This document shows, in pieces, positions 39,180 to 52,493 of a DNA stretch of 64,000 bases. Source of the stretch: Octopus sinensis (Eukaryota); the NCBI RefSeq assembly GCF_006345805.1, contig NW_021833439.1, positions 1 to 64,000 on the forward strand, read 5' to 3'. Position numbers and translations under genes: made by a program. Position 1 is the stretch's first letter. The number at the start of each line of letters is the position of its first letter. The notes beneath the pieces are model-generated. The model saw only the letters and a program-made list of their open reading frames with translations, ran no database searches and was not told the DNA's origin.

Positions 39180-39340
39180 TGTATATAAATAAAAGAGGCA
39201 GGCAACAGGTTGCTTAGCCACGTACCGAAAAAATTAGAAATAGCAGTCAAAGACTGTTTATTTCTATTTCTTTGACTGTTATTCTAATTTTTTCGTATGT
39301 GGCTAAGCAACCTGTCGCCTGCCTCTTTTATTTATATACA
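39180..39340. repeat. Short foldback (arms 39180-39253 and 39269-39340)
   Basis: Near-perfect inverted repeat with a 15-nt loop. Confidence 0.85.
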
Positions 39341-39476
39341 ATATATAATATTGAACTTTTATAGAAGTTCCTACCGTTAATGGTTATATTTACATGCCAA
39401 AATCTACCAGGAAATAATTGTTGGTTTTTTAAAAACCATTAAAGCTATTATTTACTCTTATTATATATATATATAT

Positions 39477-39597
39477 ATTTTATAGAAGGAGCTTCTACAG
39501 GACTAGAACTGTTTCATTCAAAGAAATCATCAGGAAGCTCCTGATGATTCCTTTTGAATGAAACAGTCTAGTCCTGTAGAAGCTCCTTCTATAAAAT
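39477..39597. mobile_element. Near-perfect hairpin made of two back-to-back hammerhead-like cores
   Basis: Arms 39477-39535 and 39539-39597; each reads CUGAUGA-uu(c/u)c...gaau-GAAAC-ag(u)ucua-GUC outward from the axis. Confidence 0.65.
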
Positions 39598-39689
39598 AAA
39601 TTAATTTACTCTGCTATGTATTGAGTACCTTATTTACTGTGGTTAACCCCGACTCAACCCGGGACCTACATATATATATATATATATAT

Positions 39690-39729
<40 letters not shown>

Positions 39730-39820
39730 TATGTATATATTATGTATGTATCTGTGTGTGTGTATGTATGTATGTATGTATGTATGTATGTATGTAGCTC
39801 TATCTCTCTCTATCTGTCTT

Positions 39821-40146
39821 TTATTCTTTTATTCTTTTTTCAGTTACTTGACTGCAGCCATGCTGGAGCAGCACCTTTTGTCAAACAAACCGACCCCAGG
39901 ACTTATTCTTTGTAAGCCCTGTACTTATTCTATTGGTCTCTTTTGCCCTTAGTTACGGTGCACACATACACAAAGATACGCACATATATATTAATATATA
40001 TATACGACGGGCTTCTTTTACTCACAAGGCTTTGGCCAGCTCGAGGCTATAGTCAAAGACACTTGCCTAAGCTGTCACGCAGTGGGACTGAACCCGGAAC
40101 CATGTGGTTAGGAAGCAACTTTCTTACCACGCAGCCACGCTCCGCC
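39821..40146 (-). mobile_element. Family B SINE
   Basis: Match to the B consensus with internal deletions. Confidence 0.85.
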
Positions 40147-40188
40147 TATATATATATATATATATATATATGCATACATACATACATT

Positions 40189-40274
<86 letters not shown>

Positions 40275-40324
40275 ATACATACATACATATACATACATAC
40301 CATTATATATAGACACACACATAT

Positions 40325-40470
40325 GGGACTGCCTTTTTTCCAGTTTCCGACTAGCAAATGTACAAGGCCCGGGGCTCTAGTAGATATCACTTGCTCAATG
40401 TGCTGTGCAGTGAGACCGAACCTGGAAGTATATGGCCGGGAAGCGAACTTCTTACCACACAACCAACCAC
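40325..40470 (-). mobile_element. Family B SINE 5' half, diverged
   Basis: cagtttccg...cacttgctcaatg...cttcttaccacac. Confidence 0.6.
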
Positions 40471-41132
40471 GCCAGAACCTCCATATACATAATAGATACA
40501 CACTGTAACAGCCTCAGAAGTTTCTTTTGACCGGGTCACTATATTTTCGCAACACACTATATGTAATTGCAAGATCCCAAAAACCATCTATCACGGAACC
40601 CAAAGTCTGAACTGAATACAACAAAGGGTCTTCGTGAGAAGAATGTTTATTACGGCAAAAGGATAGTAAATTACTGGTGGTTTCACTTTCATTAATTAGT
40701 CAAACATTTATTGGGCGTAGTAGGATGTCGAGAGAAATTATACGACCCCAAAAACTCAAGCTTTTGTTTTTATAAATTAACCTGTTTTTTTTTATGTTTG
40801 TTGTTAGTCCGATTAAAGTACCTTTTTTTATCTTTTACTGTGTTTCAGTGAATGAGTTACGGCCAAGCTGGGGCAGCCTTTGAAGGGTTTAATTGAAGAG
40901 ATCGACAACTTCACGTATATTTTACATCTGCTGTCGATCTCAGAAGCGCTAGTATGTGTGGACGTACACAAACCAAATCCGACATGTGCTCGTCCCCCAC
41001 ACAGTGATGGGGGCCAAAAGCACGCACACACACACAAACACCCTCATACACGCGCGCGTATGCAAGCGCACACACTTATATTCACATATATACTCATACG
41101 CACACATACATACATATGATGCCTTCGATGTC

Positions 41133-41207
41133 TTCGACTATAGCCTCGGGCCGACCAAACAATTGAGAGTGGATTTGGCAAACAGAAATAGGAAGAAGCC
41201 TGTTGTA

Positions 41208-41288
<81 letters not shown>

Positions 41289-41555
41289 GTGTGTTTGCGT
41301 ATGCATGCGTATATGTGCCTATGTGTGTGTCTGTGTGTGTGTGAGATTGGCTCTGTATTTGTCCACTATCACCGCTTAACAATCGATATGGTGTATTTAC
41401 GTTCCCGTCACTTAGCGGTTCGGCAGCAAAGAGCCCAATAGCATAAGTACCAGTAGTTAAAAGACTTAAGTATTTGGCTCGATTCGTTCGACTAAAATTC
41501 TTCAAATAGGTGCCCCAGCATGGCCAAAATCTGATGACGGAGGCAAGTAAAAAAT
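41133..41555 (+). mobile_element. Family B SINE with expanded internal (TCTA)n
   Basis: ctatagcctcgggccgaccaa...tttacgttcccgtcacttagcggttcggc...ccagcatggcc. Confidence 0.8.
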
Positions 41556-42222
41556 AAACTCTCTATATATAGTGTGCGTGTATGTGTATGTAGGGGGGTA
41601 ATTACTTATGCGGATGTTAGCAATCTTCATTTTGTCTGCGAATGCTGACTCACTCGGTATTGTTGACCCGAAGGCATCCTGAAGATGGCTCAAATTAAGT
41701 TTCATACAAATGGTCTAAAAATAACATTTTGCGAGGAGATTTTGTTTTTAAATACTCGTCCAATTTTCATAATTACAGTAAATGAATTATTTATTTAACC
41801 TGTATTTCCTTACAATGCTGGTGAGATTCCGATAATTCGGTATGTATTTTTAGTTTTTCTGTGGAGCTAAAAGGAAAATTTATTTGAAATATTTATATTG
41901 TAGGCACGCATACATACATGCATGCATGCGTGCATGCATACATACAAACATACATACATAAATACATACATACATACATAAATACATACCTACAGACATA
42001 CATTCATACATACATACATACATACAAGCATGTATGCATACATACATGCACACTTACATACTGAACATACATGCATACATACATATATATATATACATAT
42101 ATGCACATACATCCTGAACATACAGGCATGCATACATACATACAAGAATGTATGCATACATTCTTACACATACATACTTACATACATACATACTAAACAT
42201 ACATTCATACACATACATATAT

Positions 42223-42609
42223 TACTACTACGGTACTCCGTCGGTTACAACGACGAGGGTACCAGTTGATCCGATCAACAGAACAGCCTGCTCGTGAAAT
42301 TAACGTGCAAGTGGGTGAGCACTCCACAGACACCTGTACCCTTAACGTAGTTCTTGGGGAGATTCATCGTGGCACAGAGTGTGACAAGGTTGGCCTTTTG
42401 AAAAACAGGTACAGCAGAAACACATAGAAAGAGTGAAAGAAAGTTGGAACGAAAGAGTACAGCAGGGTTTGCCACCACCTCCTGCCAGAGCCTCGCGGAG
42501 CTTTAGGTGTTTTCGCTCAATAACCACTCACAATGCCCGGTCTAGGTATCGAAATCGCGGTCCTTTGACCGCGATTACGTTGTCCTAACCACTCGGGCAT
42601 TGCCCCTCC
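42223..42609 (-). mobile_element. Family C SINE, tail type 2 with (TAG)n end
   Basis: 14-bp TSD acacatacatatat at 42209-42222 and 42610-42623. Confidence 0.9.
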
Positions 42610-43005
42610 ACACATACATATATACATACATACATACATACATACATAATACATGCAAAACATACATGCATTCATCCATCCATTACACATACATACATGT
42701 GTTTGTATGTATGTGTGTGTGTGTGTTTGTGTATGTGTATATGCGCTGAAATACAGATAGTCAGAATAGAGAGAGAGGTGAGAGGGAGATGGAGTGAATG
42801 AAGAAGGGACATAGTGAGAGGGGGAAGGAGTGAATGAAGAAGGGACAGAGAGAGAGGGAGAGGGAGAGTAAGTTTTGAAAGAGGAAAGCGAAAGTATAAA
42901 TTTTAAAAGTGTATTAGCTTTTAAAAAGACTGACTGACAGACAGACAGACAATTAGACAGACAGATATATATATCTTATGTATATATATATAATATAATA
43001 TATAT

Positions 43006-43073
<68 letters not shown>

Positions 43074-44175
43074 TAGATAGATAGATAGATAGTAGATAGA
43101 TAGATAGAGATAATTCGATAAAGAGATAGATAAAGAAAGAGAGAGAGAGAGTGAGAGAGAGTTTGAAAGAGAAAAGCAAAAGATTCTAAGAGTATAAATT
43201 TTGAATATATATTTAGCTTTTACATACAACGTAGAGGTGAATGCATGGTTTTTAGCTTAAAGCGTTACAATGGGATGGTATACCATTGTCTTTAACATGG
43301 CTGTTAGTCAGTATTTCTTGAATTGATCGAACTTTTGTCGTAATGTATTAACGATGTAAATGGGTTGAAGTCGGTGCAAAGAACTGGGTCAAGCACCGAG
43401 AAGTCAACTTAGACAACGTCGCCGTGTAACAAGAATAGTTTTAACAATAAAACAAATGCTGAAAAATACGATTATGTTATGCTGTAATGATATAAGGATG
43501 TAATGTTTCCATGCTTGATTAATGCTGTAGGTGGCTGTTAAACGTTGACGCTGTTTTGAAGATTAATGGCGAGGAAAAAGGCGATGACATTCGCGGGGAA
43601 ATTGTACGTGAATGAAATATGTTTAGTTGGTCTTTTCTGAAAGACTTTCAGCCCGGAAAGATAATGTATGATTTCCTGGTGTGGCAGTGTTCTCGTGTAG
43701 GATGTGGATTGTTTGCTAAGTTAATGACAAGCCCTCGTCAACCTTTGCAAATTTTATTTTAAAAAGGAAAGTGAAAATAGAGAGGGAGTTGCTGCTTTCC
43801 AGTAAATTTATCGAAAGGTGTATGAAAATGGCAGGCATGATCGAGGTGGACTGTTTTGCTGTGAGCACGTGCCGGTAGATTGGTAGATTGGGTTAGGGCA
43901 ACTAAAGAAGAAACTAGCCTTGGTGGTCAGGGTAACAATGACTGTGTGGAATTTCCACTAGTTGATCTTTGAAGTCTCCCTACCTTTGACGAATTACTCT
44001 TTGATAGAATTAATTGCTTTCTGTTTTTGTTACATTTCGTTTCAGTCGTCTTCTAGTGCCATTTTGTATCGTCCTGTACTGTCCTTCATATAGTTGTCAG
44101 TACTTAATAATTAACAACGAAATCATTACAATTATTATTATCAATGCTGTTAATGTGGTTATTATTATTATTATT

Positions 44176-44730
44176 GAGTGACAGAACAGTTCATGCCATC
44201 AAGGTGACACTGGGGTAAAATATACAAAGCCCAGTATACCCATCATGACTATCCGTCTGATAAAGGTACACTAGGCACATGCATCACAACCATATGTGTG
44301 CGACATGTTGATCTCATATCAAGACAAACAGTACATGACCTTGCAGGTTGTGCCCAGTTACAATTTTGTTCTGGTTGTGTAACCCATCCCGCTCAAAAGG
44401 GCACTGAATAAGGACTGTTTAAGGACGTTGAACGAAACACCCATGTTTCCAGAGGTGAATTATTCAAACCCCAAAGAATCCCTCTCAACACATGGCTATG
44501 ATGCTCCCCCACTATTTCTGCTCGTGATTAGAGATGCACATATCGTCAGCCAATAAGGGACATGCTCAACTGGTTAAGGTCAAACAACTGACAAGCAAAT
44601 CTGTGGTATTGAGCAGAATATTTGCTGTAGCCCATCTTTTATACCAAGACAAAACAATGTACATGATAACACTTCCAGTCAGTTAAGATCAGAAGCCACG
44701 AGAGCCACTGCCTGGTACTGTATCAGGGTA
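44176..44730. mobile_element. Interspersed repeat embedded in (ATT)n, probably the end of a non-LTR element
   Basis: 555-bp higher-complexity block flanked on both sides by ATT repeats; single copy here, family identity is inference. Confidence 0.45.
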
Positions 44731-44736
44731 ATATCA

Positions 44737-44767
<31 letters not shown>

Positions 44768-44788
44768 TATTATTATTATTATTATTAC

Positions 44789-44829
<41 letters not shown>

Positions 44830-44901
44830 TATTATTATTATTACTATTATTATTATTATTATTATTATTACTATTATTATTATTATTATTATTATTATTA
44901 G
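44731..44901. repeat. (ATT)n microsatellite
   Basis: Direct inspection. Confidence 0.95.
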
Positions 44902-45909
44902 AATTAGTATTACTATTCAAAATATGGGGGGTGGTATTTGTAAAATGTCATTTGGTGCAACGATGCACTGAGCTGGAAATTTAAAAAGCTAGTGAACCCT
45001 ATATTTAGGAGAATGAAATAGCAAAAGCGAAAGATATAGATGGCGTTGATAACGAAGTCGAATGCCATGCATGATAGAATGGTAATTAATTTCCCAGTTG
45101 GTAGAACTTGCGTCCCATTTGTAGGTTCTTCCATGTTCTCAAATCGTACGTTCGTAACTTGATTGGGGAAAGATCCTATCACCGCAGTCTCGTGGAGTTA
45201 ATAATCTTGACAAGCCATTAATGAAAACTTCTGATATGATACCAAGATTAAATAAATTAATATTGCCTGTTTTTTTTTTGTTGTGTGTGTGTGTAATAGT
45301 ATTTAAATTTGTTTATGATAGGATAGGCTAATATGGCAGAATAATTAAAGAAGGACAGGAAAACAACAACAGAAAATTAGGAGGATAGACACAGAAGACG
45401 ACAGAGGGCGAAGAGGGAGATGGAGGAGAGAAAAAAAACACATAGTCTCGTGATATTGATGTTAATAACAATTTTTATGGCGGAATGATGGCACATAACA
45501 AAGCTAGACACGCTGGGAGACAGTACAGAGAGAGAGGAAAGGACAAACTGAGGAAAGGAGAGAGGGGGAAAAGAGTGGAAGGAAAGGAGAAAAAGAGAGT
45601 GGAAGATACAGTGTTAATGATATTATATAGAGTTTATGGCTGAGTGGGTGAGTGATGACGCAAAGCTTGAAACTAAAAGGAGGAAAGAAATAGGCTACGA
45701 TAATTATCGGTTTCCCGTTTATGTTAGAAATTATCAGGAATTTCGAAATTGTTTTAACTGGAACTTGAAATCAGTCAGAGGAATGAGTCTGGTAGCTTTC
45801 TACTACACGATCTCAAATATTGGAAATTTCATTTCTTGCTTTGTGGATGAAAGATCTAACAAGGTAAATTATACATGCATACACACACACACGCACACAC
45901 ACACACACA

Positions 45910-45951
<42 letters not shown>

Positions 45952-45967
45952 GTATATATTTATATAT

Positions 45968-46004
<37 letters not shown>

Positions 46005-46119
46005 CAGACAGATAGGTACACATACATTCGTACACACACATATATGTATGTATATATGTATATATACATATATATATATGTATGTTTGTGTGTATATACG
46101 TATGTGTGCCTTTGTTTGT

Positions 46120-46312
46120 CCACCTAACATAGCTTGACAACCGATGCTGGTGTGTTTACGTCCCCGTCACTTAGTGGTTCAGCAAAAGAGCCTGGTAGAA
46201 TATGTACTAGGCTTACAAAGAATAAGTCGTGGGGTCGATTTGCTCGACCAAAGGCGGTGCTCCAGCATGGCCACAGTCAAATGACTGAAACAAAATAAAA
46301 AGAGTAAAAGAG
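46120..46312 (+). mobile_element. Family B SINE 3' half
   Basis: gcttgacaaccgatgctggtgtgtttacgtcccc...gaaacaaaataaaaagag. Confidence 0.88.
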
Positions 46313-46363
46313 TATATATATAGATAGATAGGTAGATAGATATATGCACACACACGCACACAC

Positions 46364-46412
<49 letters not shown>

Positions 46413-46475
46413 AACATACATACATATATATGTGTGTGTGTGTAAGTCACTTTATCAACAAGGCTATCGGATATG

Positions 46476-46700
46476 GTTATGCATCGCTGGTCACAACGTG
46501 CCTTCCTGCATTGTTGTAGCCTTCAAATGATGCAACTCCGTTGCTAGACAAACAAGCCAACATCCCATCTTATTGGGACGGCAGTCCGTCGCTGTGCTAT
46601 CCCTTTTAAAGATGAGTGGCCTGGACCAACGTGAAGTTACCTGTTTTGATCAAGAAGACAACGTACTGTCGGTCTGAGAATCGAGACCACAATGTTGTAC
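46476..46700 (-). mobile_element. SINE fragment sharing C tail type 3
   Basis: gcatcgctggtcacaa...ttgtagccttcaaatga is the reverse complement of the 33575-33625 tail. Confidence 0.55.
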
Positions 46701-46741
46701 CGTGAATGCCATGCAGCCATGTGGTAGTTATTTTGATATAA

Positions 46742-46975
46742 GGAGGCGAGCTGGCAGAAACGTTAGCACGTCGGGCGAAATGCTTAGCGGTATTTCGTCT
46801 GCCGTTACGTTATGAGTTCAAATTCCGCCGAGGTCGACTTTGCCTTTCATCCTTTCGGGGTCGATAAAATAAGTACCACTTACGCACTGGGGTCGATGTA
46901 TCGACTTAATACCTATGTCTGTCCTTGTTTGTCCCCTCTGTGTTTAGCCCCTTGTGAGTAATAAAGAAATAGGTA
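46742..46975 (+). mobile_element. Family A SINE monomer
   Basis: Near consensus from head to aaagaaataggta. Confidence 0.92.
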
Positions 46976-47001
46976 ATTATTTTAATATAGATGTTAATAA
47001 T

Positions 47002-47219
47002 CATTTCTACTAAAGACACAAGGCCTAAAATTTTGCGGGAGGGGACTAGTCGATAACATCGACCCCAGATTTTCACTGGTACTAAATTTATCGAATCTAA
47101 AACGATGAAAGACAGAGTCGACCTCGGCGAGATTTGAACGTAGAATGTAAAGACGGACGAAATGCCGCTAAGTATTTTGCCCGGCGCGCTAATGATTCCG
47201 CCAGCTCGCCGCCTTAATG
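47002..47219 (-). mobile_element. Family A SINE, tail variant 2
   Basis: 14-bp TSD tagatgttaataat at 46988-47001 and 47220-47233. Confidence 0.9.
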
Positions 47220-47299
47220 TAGATGTTAATAATGCGACAGGATTACAACTAAATTTGAACATGGAAGTTAAATTTTAGTGACCTTGTTTCTACCAAGGA

Positions 47300-47660
47300 T
47301 TAATTCTCGTGACTTTTGCTAGGCCTTTCGAAGACGTCGGTAAACTTCGTACTATTAATATTCTTGTTAAACTGTTGAAGGTCAAATGTTGCAGGGAAGG
47401 TATAAACAAGGAGAAAATTCCAGACTGACAATGTTTTGGGGAAGAATAACTGGGCATAGGAAGGGTGGTATGTTGATGCTAGCAGTGGTGATGATGGTGG
47501 TGGTGGATGCAAGAAGGTTGCCGAGAGTAGAATAGCCGCCTGAGTACGAGACAAGCCAGTCCTTAGATACAAAGGTCATTATACAAGCGATAGAAAAGAT
47601 GAGTTCGGCTGTAGGCGTAAAGGAAGCAGAGATGGAGCTGGTGGTGAGTGCAACAACGAT
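47300..47660 (-). pseudogene. Decayed non-LTR retrotransposon ORF2 C-terminus
   Basis: LFYRLYNDLCI*GLACLV, then after a frameshift QLFFPKTLSVWNFL...FPATFDLQQFNKNIN, matching the LFYRYY..CS.EL / SFFPRT..LWN.LP..FP..YDL..FK motifs of LINE ORF2 ends. Confidence 0.65.
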
Positions 47661-48600
47661 GATGAGAGTAGAAGAAATGTGGGAGTCATTGATGCCTGAG
47701 GGGAAGAGGTACAAGATGAGTTAGCCCCCACCAAAACAGAAGACATTACACTAATGATGAAAACGGGATGGGTCACTTCAATGTCGGCTAATGACTGGGG
47801 TTTGTCTGTGAAGTAATTTATTGCAAATTCTTGAGTCAGAAGTTATATTACGTGTGTATATATTCATTCATTGTAAATAGATTTACTTCATGTAGATAGA
47901 TTAAGTATTAATTTTCATATGTTTTATATAAAAACCACCAAATTTCAGGATTTAGTAAGCGGATTCGATCTCTGAATTAGCATCCTCATTTGTGTGTTAA
48001 AATTAATTTTTAGATTTCCGAACACTGTGTTCAATTCCAGCCCGTGTAAACTATGCATCTTGTTCATTTGGAGCCAGGAAGTCAAATACCATAATAAGCC
48101 ACTGGATTATGAGAACTTCAAGGGCGTTGGAACGTGATTTCTTTTGATATCTTTACTGAAACTGCGCATTCTCAATTTAAAACTCCCGTCTAACATAGTA
48201 CACACAATATCTGATTGTAATGATACAAAATTAATAATCTAGTTTCCACTTTCCATAAGAATTTAATCTTGCTTTACATACAGTGCGGAGTAATTAGTAT
48301 TGTCAAAGAAGTTGTTAGCAGAGAAGAAAATACAGACCAAAATATCGACAAAGTATATGGAGTAAAGAAATACATGAAAACAGAAAGCAAATAGCAGGGT
48401 CTTTGCTACATAAGGAATGCAGTGTTTTGTACAGAGCTGCCGGAACAAAGTAGATTCTGTTTAGTAATTATAGTTTTCTGTTCTGTCTCCAGTTCAGACT
48501 AACATGTAATCTGGGTTGCCGCCAGCAGGTAGCATCAGTAAGATCTCCAGAGATTTCAGTATACATACGCATATACTTATAAATATGGTGTATATGGATG

Positions 48601-48651
<51 letters not shown>

Positions 48652-49820
48652 TTATATATGCATATTATATACATATATACATATCTTTTAAGAATACGTA
48701 ATATATGAATACATAAATGAATATATGTGAATATAAAAATATACGTGTGTGCGTATATAAATAAATATTTTATATCATATATATATGTGTGTGTGTGTAT
48801 GTCTGTGTATATATATATATTGTGTATATATATATTATTTACACCACACATATATATATATGCATATATATATTATACATATATTATATGTGTGTGTAGT
48901 ATTATATATATATACATACACATATATATATATATGCATATATTATATATGGGTATATATATATATAATATATATATATATATCTACATATATATATATG
49001 TGTGTGTGTTTGTGTATGTATATATACATACACATATAATATGCATATATGATATATATAGGTTATATATATATATATATACATATATATTTTCTCGTGA
49101 ATATTTGCTCTGTATTGAAGTTATATATATATTATATATTTATACCATACACCATGTGTAAGCGTGTGGGTATGTATTTTAGCCTGGAGATATATGCGTT
49201 TCTTCGTGCGTATATATAATAGATAGTTTGTATAATAAAGTGGTTCTCTTGTTTTCATAAATAGCTAATTTAGTATATTTTGAGCCGCAAGATACCCATA
49301 CCAAAAATGTACAACAAATATACTTTTATATCTAAACAAGAGACTAACATTCTCACCATTAACATACGTATGTATGTATGTATGTATGTATGTATGTATG
49401 TATGTATGTATGTATGTATGTATGTATGTATGTGTGTATGTATGTATGTATATATGTATTTCAGCATGTATGTCATTATTCAGTTTTATTTCAAGATTTC
49501 TTGCCAATAGAGAAAGAGCCGGTTTCTAACCTAGATTCAAGGCTCCTTCATTGGAATTTCAACATCAACAACAGGTCGTTTTCGTATTTATGTATATATA
49601 CATGCAGATTTGTATGTCTTCTTTTATGCATGTGTTCTTATGCCTATACTTGTATATCTAGAAAGGCTTCTATATAGTTAAATAATAAACTTCCGGAAAG
49701 TTTTACAGATTTTTACAGTTCCAATGATGACTTGGATCTGTAAACTTCGAATCATCTTTCTTCCCTCTAGTTTTGAGAAGTCTAATTTCTCAAGATTGGC
49801 AGTGTGTTACATTCCCTTTT

Positions 49821-50137
49821 TTTTTATTTATGCGCCCTTTTCAAGCCTATTCAGGCTCATGGGCCCGGTTTCCCGGTTTCTGTGGCGTATGTGTCCCCCC
49901 CCCCCCAGCTAGACGGGATGCCAGTCCATCGCAGCGTTACTCAAGAAACAGGAAGAAAGAGTGAGATAAAGTTGGGGCGAAAGAGTACAACAGGGGTCGC
50001 CACCACCCCCTGCCTGAGCCTCGTGGAGCTTGAGGTGTTTTCGCTCAATAAACACACAACGCCCATTCTGGGAGTCGAAACCGCGATCCTCCGACCGCGA
50101 GTCCGCTGCCCTAATCACTAGGCCATTGCGCCTCCAC
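49821..50137 (-). mobile_element. Family C SINE, tail type 4, A-rich end
   Basis: 15-bp TSD gttacat(t/a)ccctttt at 49806-49820 and 50138-50152. Confidence 0.9.
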
Positions 50138-51544
50138 GTTACATACCCTTTTATACCCATAATTACAGGTATAATTACTTGTAATTTGGATACAGTAACT
50201 GCAGATATCTCAATATTTCAGCGTATGTATTCTGTTTGTCGCTGATCTTTCGCTTTATGCTAAAATCCGCTGAGCAGCTAATATCCACAACTGTACACAA
50301 TTTCTTTTCTGTTTTTCAAATCATTAAACCAGGTCTGTTGTGCTTACATTTCATTGAGGCTTTCCCTGGGACATTTCTCCAGTAATCCTTTTTCATTCTG
50401 AGTGGCTAAGGCTTCCACAATTCTGTAGATTCCTAATTCTTGTATGTGTATATTTATATATAATATATGGAAAGAGTAAAAAATCACATCTACCGAACAG
50501 GGCTTTAGTCTATACAATCGTTAATCCGAGCTATAGGAACAAGAAGAAATTCTACGTAATATAATTTCTCGACGCTCTAACGAGTTCCCCGTTCTCCGGC
50601 TACATATTAAAAATAAAATTCTACTGTGCGTTTTCTTATTAGATATCGCTCCTTTATTTCTCTTCAAGTGATTGGACAGCGGCCATGCTGAAGTACTGCC
50701 TTGTAATCTAAAGACACACATACACACATACAGGCACACACATATATGCACACACATACACACATATATATATGCACACACAAATGCATACAAACACTTA
50801 CACGAACAAATGCTGAAAAATTAAAGCTCCCAAAATGTATTTGCATATATGTAATAGCGATTATTTTATGGATTTTTCAGGACACATTTTTATAGTAAGA
50901 TAATGGAATATATCGACACGATTTGGGTCAGACATTTTATTCCACGACTTAACGAAGCGTTTCCGGTAGATGATACCTTTTTGCCGTTGTTTAACCTGCG
51001 GTAAATAGCCACCACATCCTTCTAAAGTTAAACCCATACGAATGATCAATTTGGACAATGCACTTAAAGACATTCACAAAGTTGGAAAGTTCTTAAGTTA
51101 ACTTGCTTTCCTGAAATCTCTCCTCACTCAGTGGTTGGTACTAAACAACAAAAGCACCATAAACGACAAACAAAAACCGCAAAACTGACAGAACTACTAA
51201 GCAAGCAACAGCTGATTCCACTTGTTGCTTAATCGCAATCCTAATATTTATTCATACGAAACTACGAAACGTTATTATATGAAACATCCATAATCCAATT
51301 AAAAATTTTTTCGCTCCAATTTTATTCAGATTTGCAATTATAAAGCATTGAACAACCAAACTATTGCATATTAATCAAAGCGACAACAATCAAAGCAAGC
51401 ACAATAGAACACAGCAGTGGTGATATTATTAACATGGGACAAACTTGTATAGCTCTTGTTTGGGACAGCACCTGTTGATGAGTTGAACATTTAAACGCAA
51501 GTATAGAAGAATGGTTCAGAATTTTGCTTTACACAACCGCGCGA

Positions 51545-51657
51545 TTTCTGGTTTCAGAGCCACTGTATGGCGCTTTGGGCAAGTATCTTTTACAATAACT
51601 TCAGGTCGATGAATGCCCTATAAGTAAATTTGCTTGACGCAAACTGTGTCGAAGCCC
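51545..51657 (+). mobile_element. Family B SINE fragment, diverged
   Basis: ggtttcagagccactg...ctttgggcaagtatctt. Confidence 0.55.
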
Positions 51658-51672
51658 TTTTTATATGAAATA

Positions 51673-51744
<72 letters not shown>

Positions 51745-51974
51745 AGTTAAAGTTAATCCAAACCTGAAAATACAAAGAGGAAACACAACAACGCGACGAT
51801 GTGGAACAAGTATACTGTTATTGGACACTCAGGAAAGGAGAAAAAGAAGGAGGATTTTAGAAACATATATATATATATTCTTATATAAACAAAATAGCTA
51901 GTTGCCTAATCTCAAGAAGAGATCAGAGTAGTAACTATACTAACAAGTAACGACGATTGACTATAATGTGAAGA

Positions 51975-52155
51975 CGCTCGGGTCAGTGATTGGAGCTTCG
52001 GGTTTACAATTATGAGGTTGAAAATTTCGAATCCCCGACCGGGCTGCGTGTTGTGTTCTTGAGCAAGACACTTCATTTCACGTTACTTCTTTTAACTCAG
52101 CTGTAGAAATTAGTATCGACGTCCTTGGTTCCGAGCTGCATTGGCCTTTGCAAAC
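51975..52155 (+). mobile_element. Family D (MetaSINE-like) SINE, diverged
   Basis: gctgcgtgttgtgttcttgagcaagacacttcatttcacg...ctcagctgtagaaa. Confidence 0.75.
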
Positions 52156-52461
52156 ACATCGGATTTCATATTCAATATATGTATATATATATATATATGT
52201 ATATATGAGGCTGGAGGTGCTGTATATTTCCTGGTTTTAATGGTGTCGAAAAAGGCCCTGTTGTAGGCCCAACCTTCCGAGTTGTTTTGAAAAATTGAAG
52301 GACCACTGCAATAAGTGTGTGAATCTGTGAGGGGAATATGCTGAATAAAATCATAATTAACTGATCCTCCTCTATTTCCTTTTACTCAAAGCCCGGAACT
52401 CTTCGTCGTCCCTCACATACATACATACATACATACATACATACATACATACATACATACA

Positions 52462-52493
<32 letters not shown>

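Noticed and set aside
41676-41705. ccugaagauggcuc, the start of a Penelope-type motif
   Set aside because: The 3' half (stem II partner, GAAAC, stem III) is absent.
43250-44050. Possible decayed LINE endonuclease region on the minus strand (…CTDFNP…)
   Set aside because: Only a DFN-like tripeptide and vague spacing amid many stops; not supportable without a profile search.
51745-51862. Repeat resembling family E that ends about where the ribozyme cut would fall
   Set aside because: The similarity (ctcaggaa...gaaaaag...tttta) is too short to establish homology by eye.
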